A stretch of DNA of 64,000 bases from Gemmatimonadota bacterium (GCA_028873815.1 JAPPNN010000004.1:80829-144828); one strand, 5' to 3'. Counted from the first letter of the stretch, positions 9,972 through 19,028 are shown. Notes: generated by a model from the letters alone, not told the origin. Made by a program: numbers and translations.

Positions 9972-10065
9972 GTTGTTTCCATCTCTCGCGTTGGGTGCGC
10001 CGTCAACAGCGCAGCCGTTGGACAGGTCCACTGCCGACGCCCTGGTCGGCAGAAGGGGCTCATCG

Positions 10066-10341
10066 CTACAGAGAGATGGGAAGCGGCGGCGCGCGACTGC
10101 GATGAGGGGAGAGATGGACGACGCTGGAGATCAGCTGGTGCCCGAAAAGCGCGGGGGCCCGAAGCAGACCCAGCTCGACGATGGCCTGCGTGTCCGCCGT
10201 GGCTGTCTGCACCCCCTGGTGACCCAGCTCGCAGACGGAGCACACGGCCGACAGGTCAGTCCCCGTGTGCGCATGCGAGCCCTCGACGGCGTTGAAGAAG
10301 AGCAGCGAGAGGACGACGACAATTCCCACCAACGAACGCAT
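10066..10341 (-). CDS. small exported Cys/His-containing protein (hypothetical)
   Basis: MRSLVGIVVVLSLLFFNAVEG signal peptide followed by SHAHTG...CSVCELGH. High GC3 in this frame. First gene upstream of the ABC operon on the same strand. Confidence 0.45.
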   Translation of the reverse strand: MRSLVGIVVVLSLLFFNAVEGSHAHTGTDLSAVCSVCELGHQGVQTATADTQAIVELGLLRAPALFGHQLISSVVHLSPHRSRAPPLPISL

Positions 10342-10412
10342 GCCTCCCTGCGATCCCCCTGGACCGATCAGGTGGGCCATCTTCGTTCCGCCTATCCCCG
10401 CAGACTCACGTG

Positions 10413-10430
10413 CCGGCCTCGCGAGGCCGG
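10413..10430. promoter_or_regulatory. perfect 18-bp palindrome CCGGCCTCGCGAGGCCGG in a divergent intergenic region
   Basis: Lies between divergently transcribed genes (small exported ORF / ABC operon versus S9 peptidase / SusCD). This position fits an operator, not a terminator. Confidence 0.3.
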
Positions 10431-10485
10431 TGCCGGTACCAACACTATGATAAGATCAGTCGACCGATCAAGCCAAAGGCGACCC

Positions 10486-12432
10486 ATGACCAGACGAGCG
10501 AGCATCCTTCCGGCCTGCCTCATCCTGTTCGGCTGTGCGCCGGGCCAGCCTGAGCGACTTGCTGACTCAAGCCGGTCCCTCGACCTCACCCTCGAGAACA
10601 TCTTCGGTCCCCGCGGCCGCGCCGGCACCAGCGAAATCAGCCCCGACGGGCGGTACGTTGCGGTGTCGGCCACGGGCCCCGAGGGGTCGGGGATCTACCT
10701 GGTGCCGACGAGCGCCGCGGAGCCGGGGACGGCTGCCGCGGAGCCGGGGACAGACGCTACGTCAGCTGCACCCGCCCCGACCACCGGCACCTTCTGGGCC
10801 GAGGGCGGCTCCCCATCCTGGTTCCCCGGCAGCGACCGGATCGTCTTCCGGCGCGGCGCCGACCTCTGGACCATTGCCGTGGGCAATGACGAACCCGTCC
10901 GGATCACCAGCGACGACGACAACGAGCGTGCGCCCCGCGTATCCCCCGACGGAAGCCTGGTGGCCTTCTACTCGGGGCGCTCCGGCTACCAGGACATCTG
11001 GGTGGTCTCCGCCGACGGGTCCGCCGAGCCGCGCCAGGTCACCTTCGAGGCCTTTGCCCCGGACGACTTCCGCTGGTCGCCCGCCTGGGCCCCGGACAGC
11101 CGCCGGATCGCCTACGTGTCGAACGCCGCCGACTACTGGCACGACGACATCTGGGTGGTGGACATCGAGACCATGGACACGCGGCAGGCCTCCCGCACGC
11201 TGATGGCCTCGACCGAGCCCGTGTGGTCACCGGACGGCACGAAGATCGCACTGCTGGGCACGCACAAGGACGGCTACTGGTACGAGGACCTCGCCGACAT
11301 CTTCGTCCTCGACCCGGCGGCCGGCACCGAGCGCACGGTGGACATGCAGATCAATGCCACCGACTGGCTGCACCGCATGCGCATCTTCTGGTCCGGCGAC
11401 GGCGAGCGCATCGTCTTCCCGTACCATGAGCGCGGCGACTTCGACCTGTGGTCGGTGCCGGTCCAGGGCGGGGTCGCCACGCGCGTGACCAACATGGGCG
11501 GGTCGCTCGGCTCCATATCCTCCTCGGCGGGCGCGGAGACCTTCGCCTTTACGCGCGCAACCCCGACCCGCGGGTCAGACGTCGACCTCATCCCCTCCGC
11601 CGGAGGCACACTCCGCCGCCTCACCAACTTCGCCGCCACCTGGAACACCGTGGTCGACCCGGTCGAGATCTCGTTCCGCAGCTACGACGGCCTCTACATC
11701 CAGGGCTTCCTGTACATGCCCCCCGGCCACCAGCCCGGCGACCGCCATCCCGCTCTGGTCCAGGTGCACGGCGGCGGCACCAACTCGTACCTGCACGGCG
11801 AAAATCTCTTCGAGCAATACCTGGCGTCGAAGGGATACGTGGTGCTGGCTGTGAACTACCGCGGTGGCTCCGGCTTCGGCCGCGAATTCCAGGACCTGGG
11901 CATCAACGACTGGGCCAACGGCCAGGCCCGGGATGCGGCGGCCGCCGGCGAGTTCCTCCGCACGCAGGACTACACGGACGGCAAGGTCGGCATCTACGGC
12001 TACAGCTATGGCGGTATCACCAGCATGGCGGCGATCGCGCGGGTGCCCGGCGTCTTCGACGCGGCGGTGCCAATGGCCGGCATCTACGACTTCGGCGACG
12101 CCTACACCAACGCCGACCGCATCGGCCGGATCTTCATCAGGACCGGGCACTCGGGGTCGCCGGAGGAGCAGCCCGACATCTACGCGGTGAGCAACACGCT
12201 GGCGCGCATCGGGAACATCGACACGCCGCTGCTCATCATGCACGGGGAACTGGACGTGCGCGCCCCGTACCGCCAGTTCGAGATCGCGGTGGCCGAGCTG
12301 GAGCGCCACGGCAAGGTCTTCGAGAGCCGGAGCTACCCGGGGGAGACGCACGGACTGCGCCCGCCGGCCCGGATCGATATGTACACGCGCGCCGAGGCGT
12401 TCTTCGACCGGATGCTGAGGGGAGAGGGGTAG
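10486..12432 (+). CDS. S9 family peptidase with N-terminal PD40/TolB-like beta-propeller (lipoprotein)
   Basis: MTRRASILPACLILFGC lipobox. Repeated SPDG/WSPDG propeller motifs. Nucleophile elbow GYSYGG and a C-terminal alpha/beta-hydrolase region. The upstream part of the 840-aa ORF overlaps the ABC ATPase gene and is rejected. Confidence 0.85.
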   Translation: MTRRASILPACLILFGCAPGQPERLADSSRSLDLTLENIFGPRGRAGTSEISPDGRYVAVSATGPEGSGIYLVPTSAAEPGTAAAEPGTDATSAAPAPTTGTFWAEGGSPSWFPGSDRIVFRRGADLWTIAVGNDEPVRITSDDDNERAPRVSPDGSLVAFYSGRSGYQDIWVVSADGSAEPRQVTFEAFAPDDFRWSPAWAPDSRRIAYVSNAADYWHDDIWVVDIETMDTRQASRTLMASTEPVWSPDGTKIALLGTHKDGYWYEDLADIFVLDPAAGTERTVDMQINATDWLHRMRIFWSGDGERIVFPYHERGDFDLWSVPVQGGVATRVTNMGGSLGSISSSAGAETFAFTRATPTRGSDVDLIPSAGGTLRRLTNFAATWNTVVDPVEISFRSYDGLYIQGFLYMPPGHQPGDRHPALVQVHGGGTNSYLHGENLFEQYLASKGYVVLAVNYRGGSGFGREFQDLGINDWANGQARDAAAAGEFLRTQDYTDGKVGIYGYSYGGITSMAAIARVPGVFDAAVPMAGIYDFGDAYTNADRIGRIFIRTGHSGSPEEQPDIYAVSNTLARIGNIDTPLLIMHGELDVRAPYRQFEIAVAELERHGKVFESRSYPGETHGLRPPARIDMYTRAEAFFDRMLRGEG

Positions 12433-12751
12433 GCAATTCTTGCAGCGGTTGTAACCGGGCCGTAGCATGGATCGTAGTACTCAAGACGGAGAGGGGGTCT
12501 GGGCGGCGGCGCGGGGGTGAGGGTTGAGCATTGGGAATGGGCTGGTGGAAAACGCCGCTGACGAGCCGGGGACACGGCTGGCCAGCCCGGCCTCATCTCG
12601 AGAGGAGTTGGGCGATGCTCTTGCTGCCGAGCACGCTCCGGTTCGCAGAAGTTCGCGACACACCTCGCCGTCCTGCGCCCGGTCGGTCACCGGTTTCCGC
12701 TCCGCTCCCTCCGCCATTGGCGATTCTGACGCGTCCATCCACAAAGGAGGA

Positions 12752-15601
12752 ATGATGAGTATTTACTTGTTCGAACTGCGACCGAGGACGGTCCGAAAAA
12801 GGCGCTGGAAACCGGCAAATGTCGTTTCGGGGGCGGCGGCTCTGGCCTTCGCCCTCCTCGCATGCCCCCTGTCCGCACAAACGGGTACGATCAGCGGCGT
12901 CCTCACCAATGGCGAGACGGGAGAACCCCTGTCCAACGTCCAGGTTTCCCTCGAGTTGACCGGGCTCGGAACCCTTACCAACAACCAGGGCCGGTTCCTC
13001 ATCCTGAATGCGCCGGCCGGGGAGCGTGAGGTCGTAGCGCAGCTCATCGGTTTCAGGGAGGAGCGGCGCACCGTGTCGCTCGGCTCCGGAGAGTCGGCGC
13101 TCGTGGACATCTCCATGTATCCTCTGGCGGTTGAACTGGAGGGCGTAGTGGTCACGGGAACGGCCATCGCGGCCCAGAAGCGGGAGGTGGGCAACAGCAT
13201 CTCCCTGGTCACTTCGGATGAACTCCTCTACGCGGGCGCGATCAACCTGGAGGACGCACTCCGCGGACGCGCCCTGGGCGTGAGCATCACGGGAGCGTCG
13301 GGAACGGCCGGCGCGGGATCCGACATCCTGCTCCGGGGCACCAACTCCGTGAACGGGCGCAACCGCCCGCTCATCTACGTCGACGGCGTGCGCATGCCGA
13401 CCGGCACGCTCGAGGACGCCAGCGGCGAGGCCCAGGAGCACGCCACTTTCCTCGGCAGCATTCGCGAGGAGGACATCGATAGGATCGAGATCATCAAGGG
13501 ACCGGCGGCGTCGAGCCTCTACGGCACCGATGCCAGCGCCGGAGTGATCCAGATCTTCACCAAGAAGGGTTCGCCGGGCGCGCCGCGGTGGACCATGAAC
13601 ATGCAGCAGGGCCTCCAGCGCGTTGGTCATGTGGGCCCGAGCATCGACCCCACCGGGCTCCGCGTGAACGACTGCACCCGCCAGTTCAACCACTCGCTCG
13701 AGGAGGGCTACCACTTCAACCGCGACGAGTCGGGAAGCCTGATCGCCGACCCCGGCTGCCCGTCCAGTGGCAGCTGGCTCCGGGACGCCCGCGTCCAGGA
13801 CTACTCCCTATCGGTCAGAGGCGGAAGCGAAGACGTCACATACTACGCCTCCGCGGGCTACGGCGCGACCGAAGGCGTCATCGACCCGAACGAGTCGGAG
13901 GACGTGAACGTCCGGGCGAACTTCACTTTCAACGGATTCGAGAACTTCCAGATCAACCTCAACAACTTCTACACGCGCCGGGACATCACCTGGATCCCCA
14001 ACGGAGACCAGGACGAAGGGCTGCTGTACAACGTGGCCCGCGGTGATGAGGGGGAGACCCCTGACAACGACGACTCGGCGGTGCTGGACCTGACGCAGGA
14101 TCAGGTGGTCAACCACTTCAACTCCAGCGCCAATGTCGACTGGACGCCCGTGGACAACATGCGGCATCGGCTGACCTTCGGCCTGGATTACTCGAACTCC
14201 CACTTCATCACCCAGCGGCCGTGGCTCTTCTGGAACAATCCCCTCGGCACGCGGACCGTGGACATCGAGAACCGCCGGGTGATCACGCTCGACTACGCGG
14301 GTACGTACCTGTTCGAACTCCCCGGGAACTTCACCTCCACCACCTCTGCCGGCGCCCAGTACAACCAGTTCGAGCACCTGGGCAACCGGACCGACGTGGA
14401 GGGCTTCATCGGGCCCGGAGCGAAGGTTCTGGAGAACGCCGAGGAGGTCACGAACTACAACGAGGACAGGGACGCCACCGAGGGCGGCGGCTTCTTCCTG
14501 CAGGAGCAGATCGGGTGGAGGAACCGTCTTTTTGTCAACGTGGGCCTCCGGGCCGACACGCACAGCTCCTTCGGGCGGGAATACACCAAGGACGTGCGGT
14601 TTACGATGTACCCGAAGGCGCAGGCCACGTATACCCTCTCCGACCACGAGTTCTGGCCGTCCTGGTGGGAGACCTTCCGCCTGCGGGGGGCGTACGGCGA
14701 GTCCGGAGAGGCGCCGCCGGCCGATGCCTCGGTAACCATCTTCGAGGCTTCCTCCCTGGCCGACGAGAACAACCTGGGCTTCATCATCAACAACCTGGCC
14801 AACCTCAGGATAGGCCCCGAGCGTGCCAAGGAGTTCGAGGGCGGTTTCGACGCGTCCCTCTTCGACGGAATCCTGGCCCTCAACGGGACCGCCTATTATC
14901 GGAGGACCTTCGACGGGCTGATCAACGTCGCCCCGGCACCCTCCAGCGGCATCGCCGAGTCCATTCCGCAGAACGTTGGCATCTGGGACAGCCGGGGGAT
15001 CGAGGTCGGGTTGGACTTCCTGGTCTTCGAGGGCTTCAGCAGCCGCGTGAGCATCAACGCGAACTACCAGTACAACCACACCAAGATGGTCGAACTGGGA
15101 GATCCGCAGTTCGAACAATTCTCGTTCAACTACCTGAACCGCTACCGGAAAGACCGGCCGATTCCGGCGCTGACAGGCAAGCAGATATGCAACCCCGACG
15201 AAATGGGCGCGCTCCCGACCTACACGGACGACGATGACTGCGTCCTGGACGGCGTCGAGATCGCGAACCATCCCGACACGTTCTTCTACGCGCCCAGCCG
15301 CCCGCCCCACGAAGCGTCGGTGGGCTTCAGGGCCACCCTCTTCAATGACTTCATTCTCGATGCGTTCGGCGTCGCGCAGGTGGGGCACTGGCTCTACGAC
15401 GACCTGGCCCAGGAGCTGGCGGCCGACGGTCTGTGGCCGGAGTGCTGGCCGATCAACGACGCGGTCAACGCCGGTGTCCAGGCCGAGGACCCGAGCCTGT
15501 ACTCCATGTACACCGCGAAGGAGATCGGGCGCTGTTGGGAGAACGAGTCCACAATGAGGACTGGATGGAGCCAGCTGACTACTTCCGGCTCCAGGCCGTG
15601 A
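12752..15601 (+). CDS. SusC/RagA-type TonB-linked outer-membrane receptor, main fragment (interrupted by a frameshift)
   Basis: AAGGAGG RBS then ATG. Signal peptide, CarboxypepD_reg-like domain (GTISGVLTNGETGEPLSNVQVSL), plug (IEIIKGPAASSLYGTDASAGVIQIFTKKG) and long barrel. The frame ends prematurely at 15601, just before the conserved C-terminus. Confidence 0.85.
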   Translation: MMSIYLFELRPRTVRKRRWKPANVVSGAAALAFALLACPLSAQTGTISGVLTNGETGEPLSNVQVSLELTGLGTLTNNQGRFLILNAPAGEREVVAQLIGFREERRTVSLGSGESALVDISMYPLAVELEGVVVTGTAIAAQKREVGNSISLVTSDELLYAGAINLEDALRGRALGVSITGASGTAGAGSDILLRGTNSVNGRNRPLIYVDGVRMPTGTLEDASGEAQEHATFLGSIREEDIDRIEIIKGPAASSLYGTDASAGVIQIFTKKGSPGAPRWTMNMQQGLQRVGHVGPSIDPTGLRVNDCTRQFNHSLEEGYHFNRDESGSLIADPGCPSSGSWLRDARVQDYSLSVRGGSEDVTYYASAGYGATEGVIDPNESEDVNVRANFTFNGFENFQINLNNFYTRRDITWIPNGDQDEGLLYNVARGDEGETPDNDDSAVLDLTQDQVVNHFNSSANVDWTPVDNMRHRLTFGLDYSNSHFITQRPWLFWNNPLGTRTVDIENRRVITLDYAGTYLFELPGNFTSTTSAGAQYNQFEHLGNRTDVEGFIGPGAKVLENAEEVTNYNEDRDATEGGGFFLQEQIGWRNRLFVNVGLRADTHSSFGREYTKDVRFTMYPKAQATYTLSDHEFWPSWWETFRLRGAYGESGEAPPADASVTIFEASSLADENNLGFIINNLANLRIGPERAKEFEGGFDASLFDGILALNGTAYYRRTFDGLINVAPAPSSGIAESIPQNVGIWDSRGIEVGLDFLVFEGFSSRVSINANYQYNHTKMVELGDPQFEQFSFNYLNRYRKDRPIPALTGKQICNPDEMGALPTYTDDDDCVLDGVEIANHPDTFFYAPSRPPHEASVGFRATLFNDFILDAFGVAQVGHWLYDDLAQELAADGLWPECWPINDAVNAGVQAEDPSLYSMYTAKEIGRCWENESTMRTGWSQLTTSGSRP

Positions 15602-15813
15602 GCCTGTCCTACCGCATGCCGCGGGAGTGGCTGCCGGGTGGCTTGACGGGGGCCACGATCCAGCTCCGTGCGACGAATCTGTTTACATGGACGAGATTCT
15701 CGGGTCTGTATCCCGATGCGTTGATAAGGCCCGCCCAGCAGACGGCCCGGGGCAATGGCTACATTCTGCCCCCGGCCAGGCAGTTCTCGATGAACCTGCG
15801 GGTCAACTTCTGA
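15433..15813 (+). pseudogene. C-terminal fragment of the same SusC-like receptor in another frame
   Basis: From about 15562 the frame reads WMEPADYFRLQAVSLSYRMP...IQLRATNLFTW...PPARQFSMNLRVNF. This is the canonical SusC C-terminus ending in Phe and parallels WMRPSDFFKLRTVSASL...SISLRANF of the second SusC. Confidence 0.75.
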
Positions 15814-15833
15814 CCGGGCCGAGGAGGAATATC

Positions 15834-17345
15834 ATGAAGACCACAGAAACAAGAGTGAAATCGATCCTCGGACTGCCGGGCATCACCGCGGGGCTCGCGA
15901 CGGCCGGATGCGTCGACACCGAGCTCCAGGGCGTGATCATCGAGGACGATATCGAGGATCCGAACCTGATGGTCGCTTTCGTTCGGGGCATCAACTCCGA
16001 GCTCCACGACAACATGCGCGACTTCAGCGGCGTCTGGTGGTACGTCGGCTCCGCCACCGACGACTTCAACAACGACGGAACCAGTTCCAGCGGCGAAGAG
16101 ATCCTGGAGTATCGCAACTATTCGGACCGCCCCGGGAACTTCCCGTGGAACCAGCTCCACGAGGCTGCGTGGGCCGGCTATTATGGTGTGGAGATCACTA
16201 CCCGGGTCTTCGCCGAAGAGGGGATCGCCAACCATCCCCTTACCGCCCGTTCCTGGATCATCTCCGGGTGGGCCGAGCGCATGATGGGCGAGCTGTTCTG
16301 CGAGTCCGTCTTCAACTACGGCCCTGGTGCAGGGGCGCTCATCGGCCCCAACGACCAGTACGACCCCTCCCGGTCGGTTGACACGGACTCGATCATGAGG
16401 CGATCGCTGAACGCCATGCAGAACGCACTCACCGTCGCCGAGGCTGCGGTCGCCGCCGGGGCTCCGACACCCGATGGTGACGAGCGCATCTTCGACCCCG
16501 TGAAGCTCATGTTCGCGGCCCACGGCGGGATCGCCCAGGCGGCGATGCTGATGGGCGACTGGGATCTGGCGGTGTCGCATGCCGCGCAGGTGCCCGATGA
16601 CTTCATCCTGTACAGCCACGCCGATCCGGAGGTGGAGGACAACGGCTGGTTCGACGTTTCTTTCCAGAACGACGACTTCACGCTCTGGAATACGCCGCTG
16701 CACCGGGTCTTCCCCGACGACCCGCGCGCCCCCTGGATCAAGTGCGGCGAATGGCGGTCCGACACATTGCGGACGAGACACGGGTCTTCCAGGGATATCC
16801 GCGATACAGGTCTGTGCGACCGCACCACAGGGTACGGCGGCGAGTACCGGGCCGAGAGCAACAGGATGCCGCTCTATTCCTCCCTGAAGTCCGAAACCGA
16901 GGGGCTGCTGACACGGCCGGACGGCGAGACCGGCGAGGATGCCGACTTCCCCATGGTGCGGGGTACCGAAATGCTCCTCATCCGCGCGGAGAAGGCGCTG
17001 CTGGACGGCAACCTGGCACAGTTCACGACCCTGGTGAACCGGGGGCGGGCGGTGTATGGCATGGATCCGATCGAGGCGCCCACCAGCGCGGGGGCGCTGG
17101 AGTACCCCAACGCCGAAGACGACGCCTGGTCGATCCTGGACCGGGAGCGCTACGTGCTGATGCACCTGGAGGGCCGCCGCTTTGCGGACATGAGGCGTTG
17201 GCAGCACCCGTACATCGCCGAGAGCCACGCGGTCAACCCCCGGGTGGAGGCCGAGAACGGGGCCGCCAGGGTGGTGTACTGCATGCCCATCGCGGACATC
17301 GAGTGCGACGCGAATGCCGACTTCAACTGCCCCGGCGTGGGATAG
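15834..17345 (+). CDS. RagB/SusD family nutrient-uptake outer-membrane lipoprotein
   Basis: GAGGAGG RBS. Lipobox LATAGC. Lies immediately downstream of SusC. TPR-like helical composition and a C-terminal region (RAEKALL...ERYVLMHLEGRRFADMRRW) typical of SusD-like proteins. Confidence 0.8.
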   Translation: MKTTETRVKSILGLPGITAGLATAGCVDTELQGVIIEDDIEDPNLMVAFVRGINSELHDNMRDFSGVWWYVGSATDDFNNDGTSSSGEEILEYRNYSDRPGNFPWNQLHEAAWAGYYGVEITTRVFAEEGIANHPLTARSWIISGWAERMMGELFCESVFNYGPGAGALIGPNDQYDPSRSVDTDSIMRRSLNAMQNALTVAEAAVAAGAPTPDGDERIFDPVKLMFAAHGGIAQAAMLMGDWDLAVSHAAQVPDDFILYSHADPEVEDNGWFDVSFQNDDFTLWNTPLHRVFPDDPRAPWIKCGEWRSDTLRTRHGSSRDIRDTGLCDRTTGYGGEYRAESNRMPLYSSLKSETEGLLTRPDGETGEDADFPMVRGTEMLLIRAEKALLDGNLAQFTTLVNRGRAVYGMDPIEAPTSAGALEYPNAEDDAWSILDRERYVLMHLEGRRFADMRRWQHPYIAESHAVNPRVEAENGAARVVYCMPIADIECDANADFNCPGVG

Positions 17346-17359
17346 GCTGATTCCGTGTT

Positions 17360-17396
17360 GCCCGGGGGCGGTCGTCCGGAACGGCTGCCCCCGGGC
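17360..17396 (+). terminator. candidate stem-loop terminator after the SusD-like gene
   Basis: GCCCGGGGGC ... GCCCCCGGGC forms a 10-bp GC stem with a 17-nt loop, 15 nt after the stop. There is no T-tract. Confidence 0.35.
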
Positions 17397-17478
17397 CGGC
17401 ATCTGAACACGAGACGCCCACCCGGGCGGCGGTCGGGTGGGCGCGGAGAATTCCTGGCTTCATAAGAGGAGACAAACG

Positions 17479-17838
17479 ATGCGATTCCACCGCCTTGGCA
17501 TGATCGCCCTCGCTTTCGTCCTGTTCCTCGGTGCCTGCTATCCCGGAAGGGCTATTTCAGGCTCCGGTCAGAATCCCGACCTGATCGGGAACTGGGAGCT
17601 CCAGGAGTTGTCCGACTACACCGCCTTCGATGCCATTCGCCGTCTTCGGCCTGCCTGGTTGAGCCGGGGCAACCCGACGGTTCACCTGAACGGCGTACCC
17701 CTGTCGAGTTTCGATCAGCTGGAAGAGATAAGCGCGGTTGACATCCGCGAGATGCGATTCCTCAACGGTCCCGATGCGTCCACGCGCTTCGGCACCGGCT
17801 ACATGAACGGGGCGATTCTGATCACCCTCGAGCGCTGA
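17479..17838 (+). CDS. small lipoprotein with a TonB-receptor plug-like segment
   Basis: AGAGGAG RBS and lipobox FLGAC. DAIRRLRPAWL...VHLNGVPL...ISAVDIREMRFLNGPDASTRFGTGYMNGAILITL resembles the plug motif series (LL..vPG / v.vDG.p / I.rIEvlkGp.s.lyG...GGvInI.T). Confidence 0.5.
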   Translation: MRFHRLGMIALAFVLFLGACYPGRAISGSGQNPDLIGNWELQELSDYTAFDAIRRLRPAWLSRGNPTVHLNGVPLSSFDQLEEISAVDIREMRFLNGPDASTRFGTGYMNGAILITLER

Positions 17839-17852
17839 CCGGCCAGACCGGA

Positions 17853-18956
17853 TTAGCCCGCGGCTCCCCCGCACACCGGCGGCGCCACTTCATCCAGCCC
17901 CAGCAGCCGAAAGTAGTTCTGCCCCAGCGCGATGTTGCGGAAGGCCTCGTCGTCGACGAACTGCAGAATCCGGCTCGTGACCTCCAGCTCGGTCCTGTAC
18001 ACCTCGAAGTTCTTGTTCGACGAGGCCAGAAAATCCGTCCCCGGCAGAATCCGGTCCGAGTATTCGTTCAGGAACGCGACGTACAGCGGCTGGTAGTCGG
18101 CCCGCGAAAAGTAGTTGTCGTCGATGATCCGCCACGTGATGTCCAGCATGAGGTTCGGATGCCGGTCCAGCAGCGAACTCACGAGCCGTATGTGCTCGGC
18201 CGCGGGCAGCGTGGTCAGCTCCAGCGACAGCCCCATGTGCATCCATACAATGCGGTTGTCGGGATAGCGGTCGAGGACTTCCTGCATGAGGGGGAGGTAC
18301 AGGGTGGGGTCCTCTTCGCGGCCCAGATCCGAGTGAATTGCGATCGGGATGCCGCGTTCGCGAAGGAGGCTCATGAAGGGCGCCCATTCGCGGATCGCCG
18401 CGAGTGGCACCGGCTCGTGCGCGTTCCCGAATAGCGCCTGCTTCACCAGGTTGACCTCGCCCATCCAGCGGAACATCCCCGGAAACTCCCTGTCGAGGAG
18501 CTCGATCCCCTCGACCACCGACTCGGGCCGGGACAGGTCCGGGAAGGTCATGGCGAGGGTCGCGTGGATCCCTTCCGGCGGGTTCGCGAGCAGGCTTTCC
18601 GCGTTGGCGAAGTCGTTCTTCAGCGTCGGGATGACGGGCGTGCCGGGGCAGTCCAGGTAGTACGTGCACGGCGAGCCGATCGGGAGCATCTGCCCGATCC
18701 CGTAGATGTTCACGAAGCGGACCCCGGTCTCGCGCAGGTACCCCATGACCTCGTCGAAGGGCACGGATGGCCCGCCGAAGGCGCGGAAGTGCAGGTGGCT
18801 GTCCACGACGGCGGTCTGGGGCTGGGTGGCGCGGTCGTAGCAGGCCGGGACCGGGACACCCGGCGGCTCCGAACCGGGGGTCATCGGCGCGCAGGCCGAG
18901 AGCGCCGCCCCCGCGGCGATCAGGGGTGATGCGGGCCAGCATTTCCGCCAGATCAT
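17853..18956 (-). CDS. amidohydrolase-family (TIM-barrel metal-dependent hydrolase) lipoprotein
   Basis: Lipobox ALSAC. The VVDSHLHF metal-binding motif is followed by a TIM-barrel-like pattern (HSDLG, WMHMG). Start taken at MIWRKCW. Confidence 0.7.
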   Translation of the reverse strand: MIWRKCWPASPLIAAGAALSACAPMTPGSEPPGVPVPACYDRATQPQTAVVDSHLHFRAFGGPSVPFDEVMGYLRETGVRFVNIYGIGQMLPIGSPCTYYLDCPGTPVIPTLKNDFANAESLLANPPEGIHATLAMTFPDLSRPESVVEGIELLDREFPGMFRWMGEVNLVKQALFGNAHEPVPLAAIREWAPFMSLLRERGIPIAIHSDLGREEDPTLYLPLMQEVLDRYPDNRIVWMHMGLSLELTTLPAAEHIRLVSSLLDRHPNLMLDITWRIIDDNYFSRADYQPLYVAFLNEYSDRILPGTDFLASSNKNFEVYRTELEVTSRILQFVDDEAFRNIALGQNYFRLLGLDEVAPPVCGGAAG

Positions 18957-19028
18957 ACGGCCTCTTGGGCACTTCGTGACGGCTGATCGGGGACCCAAGC
19001 TGCCCTTCACGACTGTCCCATGTCAACT

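Noticed and set aside
9910-10485. N-terminal 190 codons of the 840-aa ORF that contains the S9 peptidase.
   Set aside because: This part overlaps the ABC ATPase gene and the small exported ORF on the other strand, and it has low-complexity content. A lipoprotein signal with its own ATG starts at 10486.
12433-12751. 319-nt leader upstream of SusC-1. The stretch GGGAATGGGCTGGTGGAAAACGCCGCTGACGAGCCGGGGACACGGC loosely recalls cobalamin-riboswitch core elements (GGGAA..GGTG.AA..CGCCACTG..B12 box).
   Set aside because: Only partial matches are present. The TCC, CCCGC and AGYCAGGAGACCTGCC-type elements are not properly there, and I cannot fold or score it. It is worth a covariance-model (Rfam RF00174) scan, but I do not call it.
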